A program made the translations under genes and the position numbers. Positions 27,256 to 39,368 of a stretch of 64,000 bases of DNA are shown one piece after another. This DNA is from Bugula neritina (taxonomy: Eukaryota > Animalia > Bryozoa): the NCBI GenBank assembly GCA_964035545.1, contig OZ037766.1, positions 11,398,722 through 11,462,721 of the forward strand, written 5' to 3'. The stretch's first letter is position 1. Each line of letters opens with the position of its first letter. The notes beneath the pieces are model-generated. The model did not search any database, had not been told where the DNA came from, and worked only from the letters and a program-made list of their open reading frames with translations.

Positions 27256-27874
27256 ATCATCTACCTAATTTGCACACTAACTTTTTATAGTGTCTAGTTT
27301 AAGCATTTTTATTACTGTAATATAGCCCATGCGTACATCTGTAAGCTGTATACAGTCTATTTTATAAATAAGACTTGTAATCCAGTTGAAGTGAAATTTG
27401 TTATTTTGTGTGAGTTTTCTAGGTTTTTCTCTGTTGATGTGTATTTGATTATAGCTTTTTACTTAAGCTACTCATTTTAGAACAAAATTTATTGATCTCT
27501 GTTCCAGTTCCGAATTTAAATAGACATGATTGATGTAGACATTGCTATCAACAGTTATCATATTTAGTGATAACCAGCTACCTAGCTTCTACTTACAATA
27601 TGCTACACTGTGTAATATAATATGAATAGTGAGCTTAGACCATTGATTAAAAAATTTACAGTAAATTATACTTACTATCTCTAATTGACTTGCAAAAACA
27701 TTGCTACGCATGGATAGCAAAAATAAAATATTCGAAATAATAAATAAAAATGTTTTTCCTGTTCTTATAATCCGATTGTAGGTGAGACGTATTGCATGCA
27801 CCAATAAACCCTCCACCAGGAAACCACTCAATGTTTACATAAATGAAAGAAAAAATAAACAGCATAAAATAGAT

Positions 27875-30800
27875 TCATAAGTTAGTTAAGAGACCATCAT
27901 CATTTGCTTGCTTGACCAAGTCGCACAGAATGGCGGACTCTACCTGTAACATTTCAACTAGAGAAGTCAATAACTATGATGAATAACAACACAAAACTTT
28001 TTTGTCAGGTGACTTGTGTACACATATCTATATATAACAACATGCCTAAAAACAGTTGAATTAGTGGTCGTTTAGTGTTCTAGAAAAAAATGAACTATAA
28101 ATTTTTTCAAATTGTAATTACATTTGTAAAAAAAATAAGAACACAAACTTACTGTAAGTATATATTCACAAAGTTTAGGTTCCAATAAATAAATAGCTAC
28201 AGCATGAGATGTTGAAGAAGCAGAAGTTGAGCACCTGTAACACAACAGCAGCGACTTCACACGGTGATCATCAAAACAACTTGATTACTAACTTGATTAT
28301 AAATTCTAATAAAATACTATTGTGCAGAGGAAGGCACCATAAACCTACTTTAGCTTTACTTCTACACTTCTTGGCTTTTTTGTGTCATCGCATACATCAC
28401 CACCCGAATAATATTGTGTGATGAATCTAAAATAAATGTGAAAATATCACAAGCCTACCTCAATGTAAGAAAATACTTGAATAGCTTTTATGATTATGAT
28501 AAATGATTAAGCTTCACCCAACAGAAGTAAAACTTTACAGATAACTTTAATAGGAGGTTAAGATTACAAACTTGTACATATATTTTATCATTATATTAAT
28601 TATAAAACCGAAATGGCTGTATCTTGACTAAGACCACATAATTGTTACTTCTCTACAGAAATACTTCCAATTGCAACTATAATATAAAATTTTTTTACCT
28701 GAGAAAATATGAATTCCAAAGGTTTTTGACTTTCAAGACATATATAACAAATTTGATATTTATGCAAATTGCAACCCATTTTAGAACTCAAGATAAAAAA
28801 TATTGAGTTCTACTTGTAAATAAAATAAATAAAAAAAAATCTGAGAGACAAATAAAAATAAAGGTCTGTAATCTAGATTTGAGATGAATATTAACATACT
28901 TTCTATTAGATAATGGCTTTGGTTTCTTTTGTGGATGCTTAGCCAGCCACATGTGATGCTCATTAGAATCCCACTTCCCAAGGACAATGTTAGTCACACG
29001 CTTTCCTTTCTCAAGGTGATATTGCATTGCAGTCTTACCGTAGCACAGCTCAAAACTCCACCATCCAGTACCCTAATAATTTAAACTGGTTTACTATAAA
29101 CTAATACACTAGTTTATTAATAAACTAGATTTTATAAGTTTTACTAAAACAAAAACAATCTTAACTTCCGAAGAAAAAAGTGTAAAAGCCTAGATGAGTT
29201 TAAAGTAGAAAAGTGTGAAACTTCAAAAAAAACTTCCAACATGAACTATTCAGAAAACTGTTATTTGTAAGCTGCTTTTTCATACCCCTTGCAGACACTG
29301 GTCACCACTGAGAAAGTTCTTCAAGAAGTTGTCATCTTCTGATTTTCCTATAGCAGTTCTAGTGGCTTCCTGCTCACTCTTTGTTACAGAAGGCATCGGA
29401 CGCCCTACCTTTTTGACAGTACTTGAGAGAGTCTAGAAGTGCAAAATATGCAAATGGTTGCTAAATAACTTGCTAAGAATTTCACTTTAGCAAGTGCCAG
29501 GTTGCCAGCCCAGATGTGAATTAGTGATTGATTTTATCGCTCCTGTCAATATCAGCTTCAACTTTTTCAATAATGAAATAGTCACACATTAATTTCAAGG
29601 AACCATGCTTTAAAGTATTAGGCTAAATACTTTAAAAACTGGAGCAAGTTTATCGACACTATCTTTGCAAGAACCCCTAACAAAAGCGGTATTTTAAACG
29701 AACAAAGGACTTATTCATATATGACACAGGAGCAATTATGACTGGATGCTCTTCCTAACATCACCAATGGCCCTAACTAGGGTTCAAACCCATGACTTCG
29801 TGTTTAATAAGTCAGCGCTCTAACCACTACACCTATTGGACTGAGTGTATAGCTTCGTACATAAAACCCTATAAAAACAACAGTGAGGTGTTGGCTGCGT
29901 GCAGCAAATAGGATACACCCCCTGAGAACTAAAAGATTGGCTTATATGAACCTACCGATTCCCTCTGATAAAGTATCCTTTCCATTTCTGCATGCATCTT
30001 TGGTTTGTCTGGTGCCCCATCCAATGAATGGCACGATATAACACGAGATGACTCTGAGGGTGGCCTGAAACAGTAGCAGATTGTTAACAATAATTCCTAA
30101 TAAGGTATCATGTAACTTAGGGTAAGATCAAACAAGAAAACAAGTTGAACCGAAAAAAAGTGCTGCCTGGTGTTGTGGAGTGGCTCTTTCAAAACATTAG
30201 TGGTTGTTTTCAAAAATACAGATTTATTTTCTCTTATCTGTACCTAAAATTAAATTTACTAAAGACTCGAAGTTATACAAAAAATGATTCTATATAAAAA
30301 TGGTTCTAATAGCATGCTACATGTTCTCTACAATGAAGAGCTGGTTTTTGAATAAACATAAGTTATAAATTGTAAGTTTTTGGAATTTTTATAAATCATA
30401 GCTAGCAGCACCAAATAGCTAAGACAAAAGTAACAAGAATGGCACAGACTTTTTCGGGGAAGGAACACATACTTTTCCTGACTCCAATTTCATCAGAGTG
30501 TTAGGACAGACAAATTGAAACTTATATCTTGTTTTTTAATGTCAGATAAAAAATTTGAATTGAGTTTAGCTTCCCTTCCCTTTTACTTATTTCTTGCATT
30601 AATTGCCATAAACCATTATTTGTGCAAATAAAGAAATTTCCATAAACCATTATTTGTGCAAATAAAGAAATTTCCATAAACCATTATTTGTGCAAATAAA
30701 AAAATTTCCATAAACCATTGTTTGTGCACATAAAGAAATTTCAATTTTTTAAAAATAATCCCATTTTACAGTTTGTTTGCAAGAGATAAAACTATATACA

Positions 30801-32821
30801 ACTCTTGCTCCTCTATAATGTGCAATGTTAAGAAATCTCAAACTATGCTTGAAAAACCAATATGCTAAATTATACAAAATATTGTGAAATAAATAAAATA
30901 AACACAGTAACTTTAGGTATTGAATTTTGAACATATTCATCACATAATGCAGTTCTAAGACACTTTCACCAATAAAACATTAAACTATGACAGTTTATAT
31001 TTAACTCAATCTACTGTAGTTTCACTGCAAATTACTTTAGTAACAAGCATGTCATTTCTCAATATTAAGCATTCAGAATATATGACACAGAGTACACAAA
31101 AATACGTGGTATAAAACCGATTTACTCTATTGCAGTGCTTACTAATCATCAATACCTAAAACACTAATTTTTGAAAGGAAAGTTAATAGTATTCTTAGGT
31201 TACATCTAAAGTTTACAATTTATTAAACAAGCAATCGAATGATGGCCAAATCTGCTAGCATTAATGAATAGACTGTGTACCTGGCAGAACATACCTGTAA
31301 GTAGGGTGTTTACATAGTTTTGAGGTTATAACAACTGCCGTATATTCACAAGTAGACGTCTCTTTAATCTGTATGATGTCACTGTTGCCACTCTCATGGC
31401 AAATATAATGCACCAAAGTTTGCCGTGGTGCATTAGTCAAGTCACACAAAGTTCCATCATCATATTCAACCGTGAAATATGGGTATTTTATGCCATTTAA
31501 CACCATTATATTACCCTCATCCTCCTATATATAATTTATAAAATCAAGTTACAATACATTGACTGCTTTAATTTTTGCACAAAATAAAAAACAGCAATAT
31601 ATAAAAATATACTAGAAATGTGGAAACTCTAACACTTCAAGTTGTAAAACTAAAATTCTACTGAGTAGAACTAAGTAGCAGCTTTTTCTCAGCGAACTAG
31701 ATAAAACAGCGCCAACTAGAGGCAACAATAGAAAAGTAAAAAAGGTTACTCACAGCTTGGTACTGCTTAAATTTTCCGAGAAAATATTCGGGATGCACAA
31801 TCACACCTTCCTCGGAATGCGGATCTTGTCCTTCATGGTACTGTCTCAGAGACTTGCCATGGCACAGCTCGTATGTCCAATATGCTTCAACCTTTAATAA
31901 TATTAAATAGCAGTACTAATACACAACTTGTAATATCTAGTCAAAACAATTACCCCAAATTACATTAAAATGTCTTGTAGTGGTTTTGAAGGTGTTTATA
32001 AATTCCACTTAAAATATTGGCATTACAAAAACAATAAAAAACATTTGGTTTTAACCTAAAAATGTTTGTTTAAGAAAAAATTAATATACAATAACGCATC
32101 ATCCAAATTTAATGTTTTTGTTCAAAATATAATATGGCCAATTTTACAAAATGAAAACGCATTTAAAAACTAGCTTGAATATATTTGCTGCAATTTAAAA
32201 ACAGAAAATACAACAAATAGAGTTTTTGTGCGTTAAACGATGTTAACATTTGATATTTTGTGAAAAATATAGTTCAAATTCTATGTAAGCAATCAAAAAG
32301 CAACTAAATTCATCTAACTTTATCTGATACTCCCAAATTAGAAGTTTTGCTGCAAAATTGCATTATTACTCATTATTACTCACAAAAACTTTTACTAACC
32401 CGGTAAGAACAAAATGGTTTGAGAGAGAATCCATCTATTATTTCTTTAGCGGATGGGCCATCATATTCATCTGCTGCAGGCTTTTGGCTGCCAATGCTTT
32501 CTTGTTCACTATTGAACCGGCAATGATATTTCTCTTTATCTTTTGTGACCATGGGAAGCGTAACAATGTCACCATCAGGCTAAAGTACAAACTAAATCTA
32601 GGGCAAAGTAAAAAGAAAACTTTCTGTAGAAAAGTATACAACACCAGCTTAAATTTAAGGTAACATATTTGTCCTAGCTGAAACCATACCTCATTCAGGT
32701 TTGAGGGGTCTATTGGCCCATTCCACGAAATCCTAAATGGTATGGTGTCCATAAAAGGGTTAAACTCAGTGCAAGACAACCCAGCACATAAAAGCAATAA
32801 AAATATTGCCGAATAAACCAT
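27875..32821 (-). CDS. ERLEC1: Endoplasmic reticulum lectin 1 (XTP3-B), two MRH domains; 10 exons, ~445 aa
   Basis: Exons 32821-32690, 32579-32400, 31891-31754, 31524-31295, 30064-29956, 29432-29286, 29072-28900, 28426-28349, 28234-28153, 27943-27875 (1338 nt). Signal peptide; [45 protein letters not shown]..LCKHP; second MRH domain CLQGGTGWWSFELCYGK, YSGGDVCD, EPKLCEYILTVESAILC. Confidence 0.94.
29700..29845 (-). mobile_element. tRNA-derived SINE fragment in an ERLEC1 intron
   Basis: Minus strand shows A-box TAGTGGTTAGAGCG and B-box GGGTTTGAACCC at tRNA-like spacing, followed by a non-tRNA body (TGGTGATGTTAGGAAGAGCATCCAGTC). No intact acceptor stem. Confidence 0.65.
30606..30743. repeat. 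34-bp minisatellite (CCATAAACCATTATTTGTGCAAATAAAGAAATTT) x4
   Basis: Four visible tandem copies; the unit contains the hairpin TTATTTG-TG-CAAATAA. Confidence 0.92.
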
Positions 32822-35670
32822 TGCTTCAACTCAAGTCATGAGATACCTAAAAAAAGAGAATGTACAAAAGATGTACAGAAAACATGTCAACAACTAAGTA
32901 TTATATGACCTACAGATTGTATTACTTTGTAGGCCTGTTAATTTTTGTTCTTCTAGCAAGTACAGCTACACAACTAGCTTGCAACTGATTAGTTCATTCC
33001 GAAATTATAGATCAACGACTACAATTACAACATATTTATTAAATATTGTTTATGCTAAGTGAGAAGATCTCCACACATTTTCAATATTGTTATTATCTAT
33101 CAGCTATCAAAATGTCTTGTCGCCAGATTATCTACGCCATATTTATGATATATTTGTTCTGGGACTATCAACTCACTGAGGGCAAGATAGATGACCTTCA
33201 TATTTCGTATTAGTGAAAGTTGTTGGGGTAGTGCTCCTATATAAGTGAATTGGTTCAATGAAAAACAGAGTCTTGACAAACTGATTGAGAAGAGTAAGAA
33301 GAATCTGACTTAGCTTTTGCCATTATATTTTAGGTTTTACTGCTTTATTCACTCAAGTTTATGTCGCCTAACCAAGAACACGATCAGTTAAATTTTTCAA
33401 GGGCAGTTAAAAAGTGTTAAAACATCTGTTGTGGTCACATCTACAGTCTTCCGTTTATACAAAAACAAACTGGGTGTCATCAGTTTGTTGTGCGAGTTAA
33501 GATTTTCGAAGACAAAACAGTATTCTAGACGTTTGACAAAAACAACTAAAAAGTTGAAAACTTAAATCTGAAAATGCTGAAGTTATCAATTTTCACCATC
33601 AAAAATTTTTAAAGCTACAATGATTATTATATTAGTCCAGTATATTTGCCAATAACTCTATCATAGATGTATCATATTGTGAGCACTGGCATAGATTACT
33701 CTAAATTTCAACTAAACTCTACATTAGCCAAATCTACTAATACATGTTGTTCGACATTTCTGAAAATATCTTAATCAGAAGCTATAAGCATCCTACACCC
33801 TATAAAAATTTGATTCAAGAACAGTGAAAAATTGATCGACTATTTCCATCTTGAATTTAACTTGAACATCAATTCTAAAATATCAGAACAAAGCAAAAAT
33901 TCAACACAATGAAAAAAGTATTAAATTTAAGGATCACGATGTTTTGAAACCTGCTTATTATTGTAAGTAAAACAATAATAGTAAGTGTAATACTATGCCC
34001 AACATTAACTGTTAGCTTACAGTTAACTAGGAGTATGCCAGTAACTATAAAAATTTATCATTATGATTATTTTTTTAAATATAAGAGACATACAGTAATC
34101 AAGCCTAAAACACTGTTACTGCAAGTCACCAATGATTAAATAGATGTAGAAGCATAAGGAGAGCTATGGTATAAGTATAACTATAAGATCAATATTATTT
34201 CATCACTATGCCTATGGTTATTTTATGAATACCAATATAAACTTCAAGTTTAATTTAAGAACTAGAATAACTATAGCTATTAGTATCATTTTTAAACTAT
34301 AGTCTCACTCTATTACTATAAGTATAATAACTAAAACTAGAACAGTACTAGAAGTATAAGTATAACTATAACATCAACTAAAAACTTACTCTAACTCTTA
34401 GTAACTGTTTTAGTTAATGTTATAGTAAGACTTATACTAAATTACTTATAATTAATAGTTATAGACTGAGACTAACTCTAAGACCAAGAGTACGTTGGTG
34501 CGTTTCGATTTTGTCCACTCATTCTGATTCTCAATAACATTAAGTGATTAACTGATGTTTATGTTACTGTTGGTCAAAGTTACTGTTAGTGATACTGTCA
34601 GACGTGTCACACTCAACTCACTGTCAGTGGAAGAGCAAGTATAATAATAATGACTATAAGTATAATCATAATGTCATTAATGTGACCCTTTACACTTAAA
34701 AAACTCTAGCTAGAGATGTTAACCATACTTTCATGACTTATAAGTATTAACATAAATCTGGTGTTGCTAGTTGCTACCTATATTGATATTCATATTGATA
34801 TTGCACTGCCTGTTGACAGCATCAGCTGTCGTTGAGTTTGACATTCGACAAAGGGTACAAATCTTGTAAATGTAATCGTGTTAATTACCATTTATGTAGT
34901 TATTTCTTAGAGTCGTTTACTCTATTACGACGAGGCTCCTTTCAATGCCCCCGACCATACAGTTTTCAATCGAGACTCTGCAGCCCAATGAACTCAATAA
35001 TTATTCCAGCTCAGTGCTGCAGCCAGAATATTGACTCTGGTGGAAAATTAACATAGCTAGAAGCAACACTTACTTGGTGGTGACTGAAAGTACAGTATTG
35101 TATACATATGGGTGTCCCAACTTCACACCCCCAACTCGAAGCTTGAGACTTTTTACTAAGTGCTGCTTGAAGCGAATTTCGTAATTTTTGCCAAATTAGT
35201 CAATTACACAATTGAACAAAACTGTCCGCGTAAATCAAATTTTATAATTATAATTGCTATGGCATAAATTTAAAATATAAATTAAAGTGAAAAATAATCA
35301 ACAAACGTTTTTATAATTGATTTAATATAGATATATTGTATAAATAATTATATGTAATTTTGCCGGTTATACTAAAAGTAAATATAAGAGTAAAATTTAA
35401 AATAAAATAAAATGAAAATCATAAATGATTAAATCATTAAATGTAATCAGTAATGTTAATATTTTAATTTAATCTTATACTAATACTAATAGTAATAGTA
35501 ATACTTATTTACTAACTTATAGTTATACTTATAGTTATAGTAATGTTATAGTTATACTTATAGTTATAGTAATGTTATAGTTATACTTATAGTATTAGTT
35601 ATACTAATGGCAATGCTAATAGTAATACTAATAGTTATAGTAATAGTATTAGTAATTCACTAATTGTAAT

Positions 35671-36401
35671 GTACCTACCTATGTACCTATCCCTTGGTCG
35701 GAACGACCGTTGGGGCACCACTGTTGATCTTTGCAACCAGCTCTCTCTATCCCTTTCTGTTCTCTGTCCTCCTCAAGTTGTCGCTCAGTGTCTTTCCGGT
35801 TTACTCTGTGATATTGTCCTCCCATCTCTTTCTCTGCCTGCCTCTCCTTCTCCCTCCTTGTACAGTTCTTTGTAGGATTGTCTTGGCAAGTCCTGTGGAT
35901 CGTGTGACATGCCCATACCACTTCAGTTTCCGTCTCTTCACAGTAGTCAAAAGATCTTTGTGATGTCCCACTGCGTTTGTGACTCTGTTCCGTACCTCAA
36001 CATTTGTGATGTGGTCTTTGTAGGAGATGCCTAGGGGCCTGCGGTAGCATCTCATTTCAGTTACCTGTATTCTTTTCTCTAAATCTGCTGTCAGTGTCCA
36101 TGACTCACAGGGGTATAGGAATATGAAGATGACCAGTGATTGCATCAGTCTGATCTTTGATCTGAGCGTGATATTTCTGTCATTCCAAACAGGCCTCAGT
36201 TTTGTCAGGGCGGTTGTTGTTTGCGCGATCCTGGAGAGAATTTCAGGCTTTGATCCTTCATCTGATATGACTGACCCAAGGTACTTAAGCTCTTGACAGT
36301 TCCAAGTTTCTCGCCATTGACTTTGACGTCTGTGTTGATGCCGTCGGTATTGTTGGTCATCAGCTTAGTTTTCTCGGCACTGATCTCCATGCTATATTAC
36401 G
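35671..36401 (-). mobile_element. 5'-truncated RTE-clade LINE (RT C-terminal part, inactivated) with 10-bp target-site duplication
   Basis: Minus-strand translation MEISAEKTKLM..S[frameshift]KYLGSVISDEGSKPEILSRIAQ..LYPCESWTLTADLEKRIQVTEMRCYRR..RRKLKWYGHVTR..GRRRGRQRKRWEDNI is RTE-like. The 3' tail is a short TAGGTAC repeat. TSD TAATTGTAAT occurs at 35661-35670 and 36402-36411. Confidence 0.88.
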
Positions 36402-36857
36402 TAATTGTAATACTAATACTAATACTTTAAGTCGCTATACTCTTACTCTAGCCTCTATAGTATAGACTTGAAGTATCACCATCAGTATAGCGACTTTTAG
36501 TATTACTATTATTATTAGTATTAGATTTAATATTAGTATAAATATTATTATTAGTATTTAATTTTATAATTATTAATATTTAAATTACACTATTACTATT
36601 ACTATTAGTATTACTAATAGTGTAATATAAGTATAGTAATACTGATACTATTACTATTAGTATCAGTATTACTATAACTATAACATAAGTATAATTATAA
36701 GTATTACTATAACTATTAGTATTAGCAATACGAATACAATACAAATAATCGATAGTATTCGTAGTACTAATACTAAGAGTAAGAGTAAGTCTGGTACTTA
36801 TCACTAACATTGTTTTTTATATTGGATGGTGTGTATTTATTTTTTGAAGAAATTGAG

Positions 36858-38143
36858 ATGCAAACTGCATTGCAAAGACACTTGGCTGTGAGCTTTCGAA
36901 AGGTAGGTCTTAAGACTACCTGACAGCCATAGATTTAAATGAAAAGCCTGATGAAATAAACTTGCAAACAACTCAGTTGAACTTAGTCATTTATGACAAT
37001 CTGGTTTTTACTTCTAGCTAGGCCACTTGCAGGATTTTCAGTTTTACCCATTATTTTGCTGAACAGAATGAAGCATGAAACTATACAATATACCTTTGCT
37101 AAGCTTTAACCAAAGTACACTTTTTACTGTAGGGAATGAGTTATAAAATCCAAGTCTTAAATTTTTTGCATTAACTATTGTCTTTTAGGTTGTTTGCATC
37201 CCAAGTTTAAGTCAACTCAGTTGCCGTCCAATAATAACTTCCAGTCCTAATTCTCTACCATTGGCTGCTTTTACAAAAAGAACATTTCAGAATACCAGTA
37301 TGTAGAATTTTACTTTTTTTTATTATAATATACTAGCTTTTACCATAATCTGCTCTCTACGTTTTATTTGAATAGTTCAAATGAGGGAAGTGATGGGTCA
37401 TATTATTCAAGACGACTTTTCACACATTATGTAGTCATGTGTTTAAAGAAATAAGTTTGTTTTTGATTTTGTTCATATGAGGATCTAACTTTTGGCATGT
37501 AATTCAGCAACTAGTAATCTGCTGTATTATTTTTCACTGAATATACATTCTGATTGGTCAACGATTTGAATATGATGCAGCGTTCCTGAGGGGTACAAGT
37601 ACTAGCACCGACAAGTCAAAGAATATAAATACAAGTGATGAAGGTTTTGGTGACCTAGTCTACACAGGAAGTATTAACAAAGCCGTATATATGGTGAAAT
37701 GTTTCTCTCTTGCGACGAGTGCTATCGGTATATGTTTGCAACCATGGCTTTTGTCAACAATGGCTAATAGCGCTCTGGTGTTCAAAGTGACTACTGTATG
37801 CGCAACCGGATTCTTTGTGCTTGGAACTCCTTGGCTACTTCATTTCCTATGCAAACGTTACGTTACCAAACTCTACTACAACAAACATACCAAGACTTTC
37901 ACCGTTGAAAGACTCAACTTTTTTGCTAGACCGAAATATTTCTCTTTTCAGCCTTGTGACATTAAAGACAGTCTTCCAAATCCTTTTAGTAATTTTGAGG
38001 TAGCTGATCAAGGATTTCTAATAAACACTGAGGAATTGAAAATTACAAACCCTGAAGTGTATGTAGTGTTTATGAGATACGATGAACCTATAGATCTAAC
38101 TGAATATTCTAATTCTACTGATTCTCAATCAAAACTTTCATAA
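36858..38143 (+). CDS. TMEM70: Transmembrane protein 70, mitochondrial (ATP synthase assembly factor). Exons 36858-36902, 37189-37297, 37581-38143; ~238 aa
   Basis: GDLVYTGSINKAVYMVKCFSLATSAIG..TPWLLHFLCKRYVTKLYY matches TMEM70 conserved motifs. The basic, Ser-rich N-terminus resembles a mitochondrial presequence. The start exon is inferred. Confidence 0.88.
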
Positions 38144-39368
38144 TATGTTTCTATGTTCAATAAAGTTTCCTAATTTCAACAACATGTCAATATTATATTC
38201 AGCCTACTACTGGTTAAAATTATTCACCCCCCCCCTCCCAGCACAAATCAACAGTCAGTTCACCATTAAAAGCATGCTGTTATAATATTATTATCTTTGG
38301 CGAGAACCATATTCAATTGATATCATTTTATCCTCTACTTTGAGCTTTCTTTTTCGAGAGGTTGAAGAAAGTTACTTCACAGTGTAATGGTGTTCTCAGT
38401 TCAACCAGTCGGATGACTAGTTTACAACAGCTGAGATTACTACCTTACTATGTGTATTTTTGCATTCTATCCCAATTAATTTTGACTACAATGCAGTTTT
38501 GTCAATCTAGATTTGTACACTAAAGTTGGTTTGTTTTTTATCCTGCATTGTAGTAGTTCTTTGAACTCTGGGCCAGATTTTCAAATTATCTCATTATAGT
38601 CGAAGTACCCTTCTACTGATTCACAAATATTTCCATAATTTGATTGTTTCACCTACTCAGTTTTCTCAGCCATATGTTTGAGCTGTTGATAGCACTCTGT
38701 AAGATAACTGACCAGTAAGCGCAATATTTTTCAAGTGACAGTAATAATTTTATGTGTTTTTTATGATCATTTTAATTCAGTATTTTTGTACTTGAAATGT
38801 AACTTCATTGCAAACAATATGCATGCAATTTCAGTGTAGCAAGATTAAGACTATATAATTATATATATATATATATATGTGTAATACACGCATACACCCA
38901 CACAATATAAAAGTTGCATAAGATTCATCAAAGACAAAAAACACAAGCATTTAAGACTGCTAGTTGAACTTCTAGTGGCATGTTACCAAGTTTGTATTAA
39001 TTTGACATGAATATATATATTTTTTACCATTTTAGAAATGATAATTGACTGAATTGGTCATAAATTTTTTAATTATCTTTTATTAATTAAAATTATATAT
39101 AAATGTAAAAAGATATACAATAATTTTATAATATGTAAGTAAATAAAAATGGAATGTCACTTTTGGAATTCATAATATACATTATCAGATACAAGTATTT
39201 TATAAGGAAAATCTTCAAGTATTTATAAAATTTGCAATAACATAAATTGATACCAAATTAAATTCAGAAGTAATGTATAAAAAAGCCTTCAAAATTGAAA
39301 TTCAGCAAAAAAGTAGTAAGTATACTTTCAGGAATGTGACAGGTTGTTGATTCAGTGTGTGATACTTG

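Noticed and set aside
29765-29845. tRNA gene
   Set aside because: A and B boxes are present but the cloverleaf stems are broken and a SINE-like body follows
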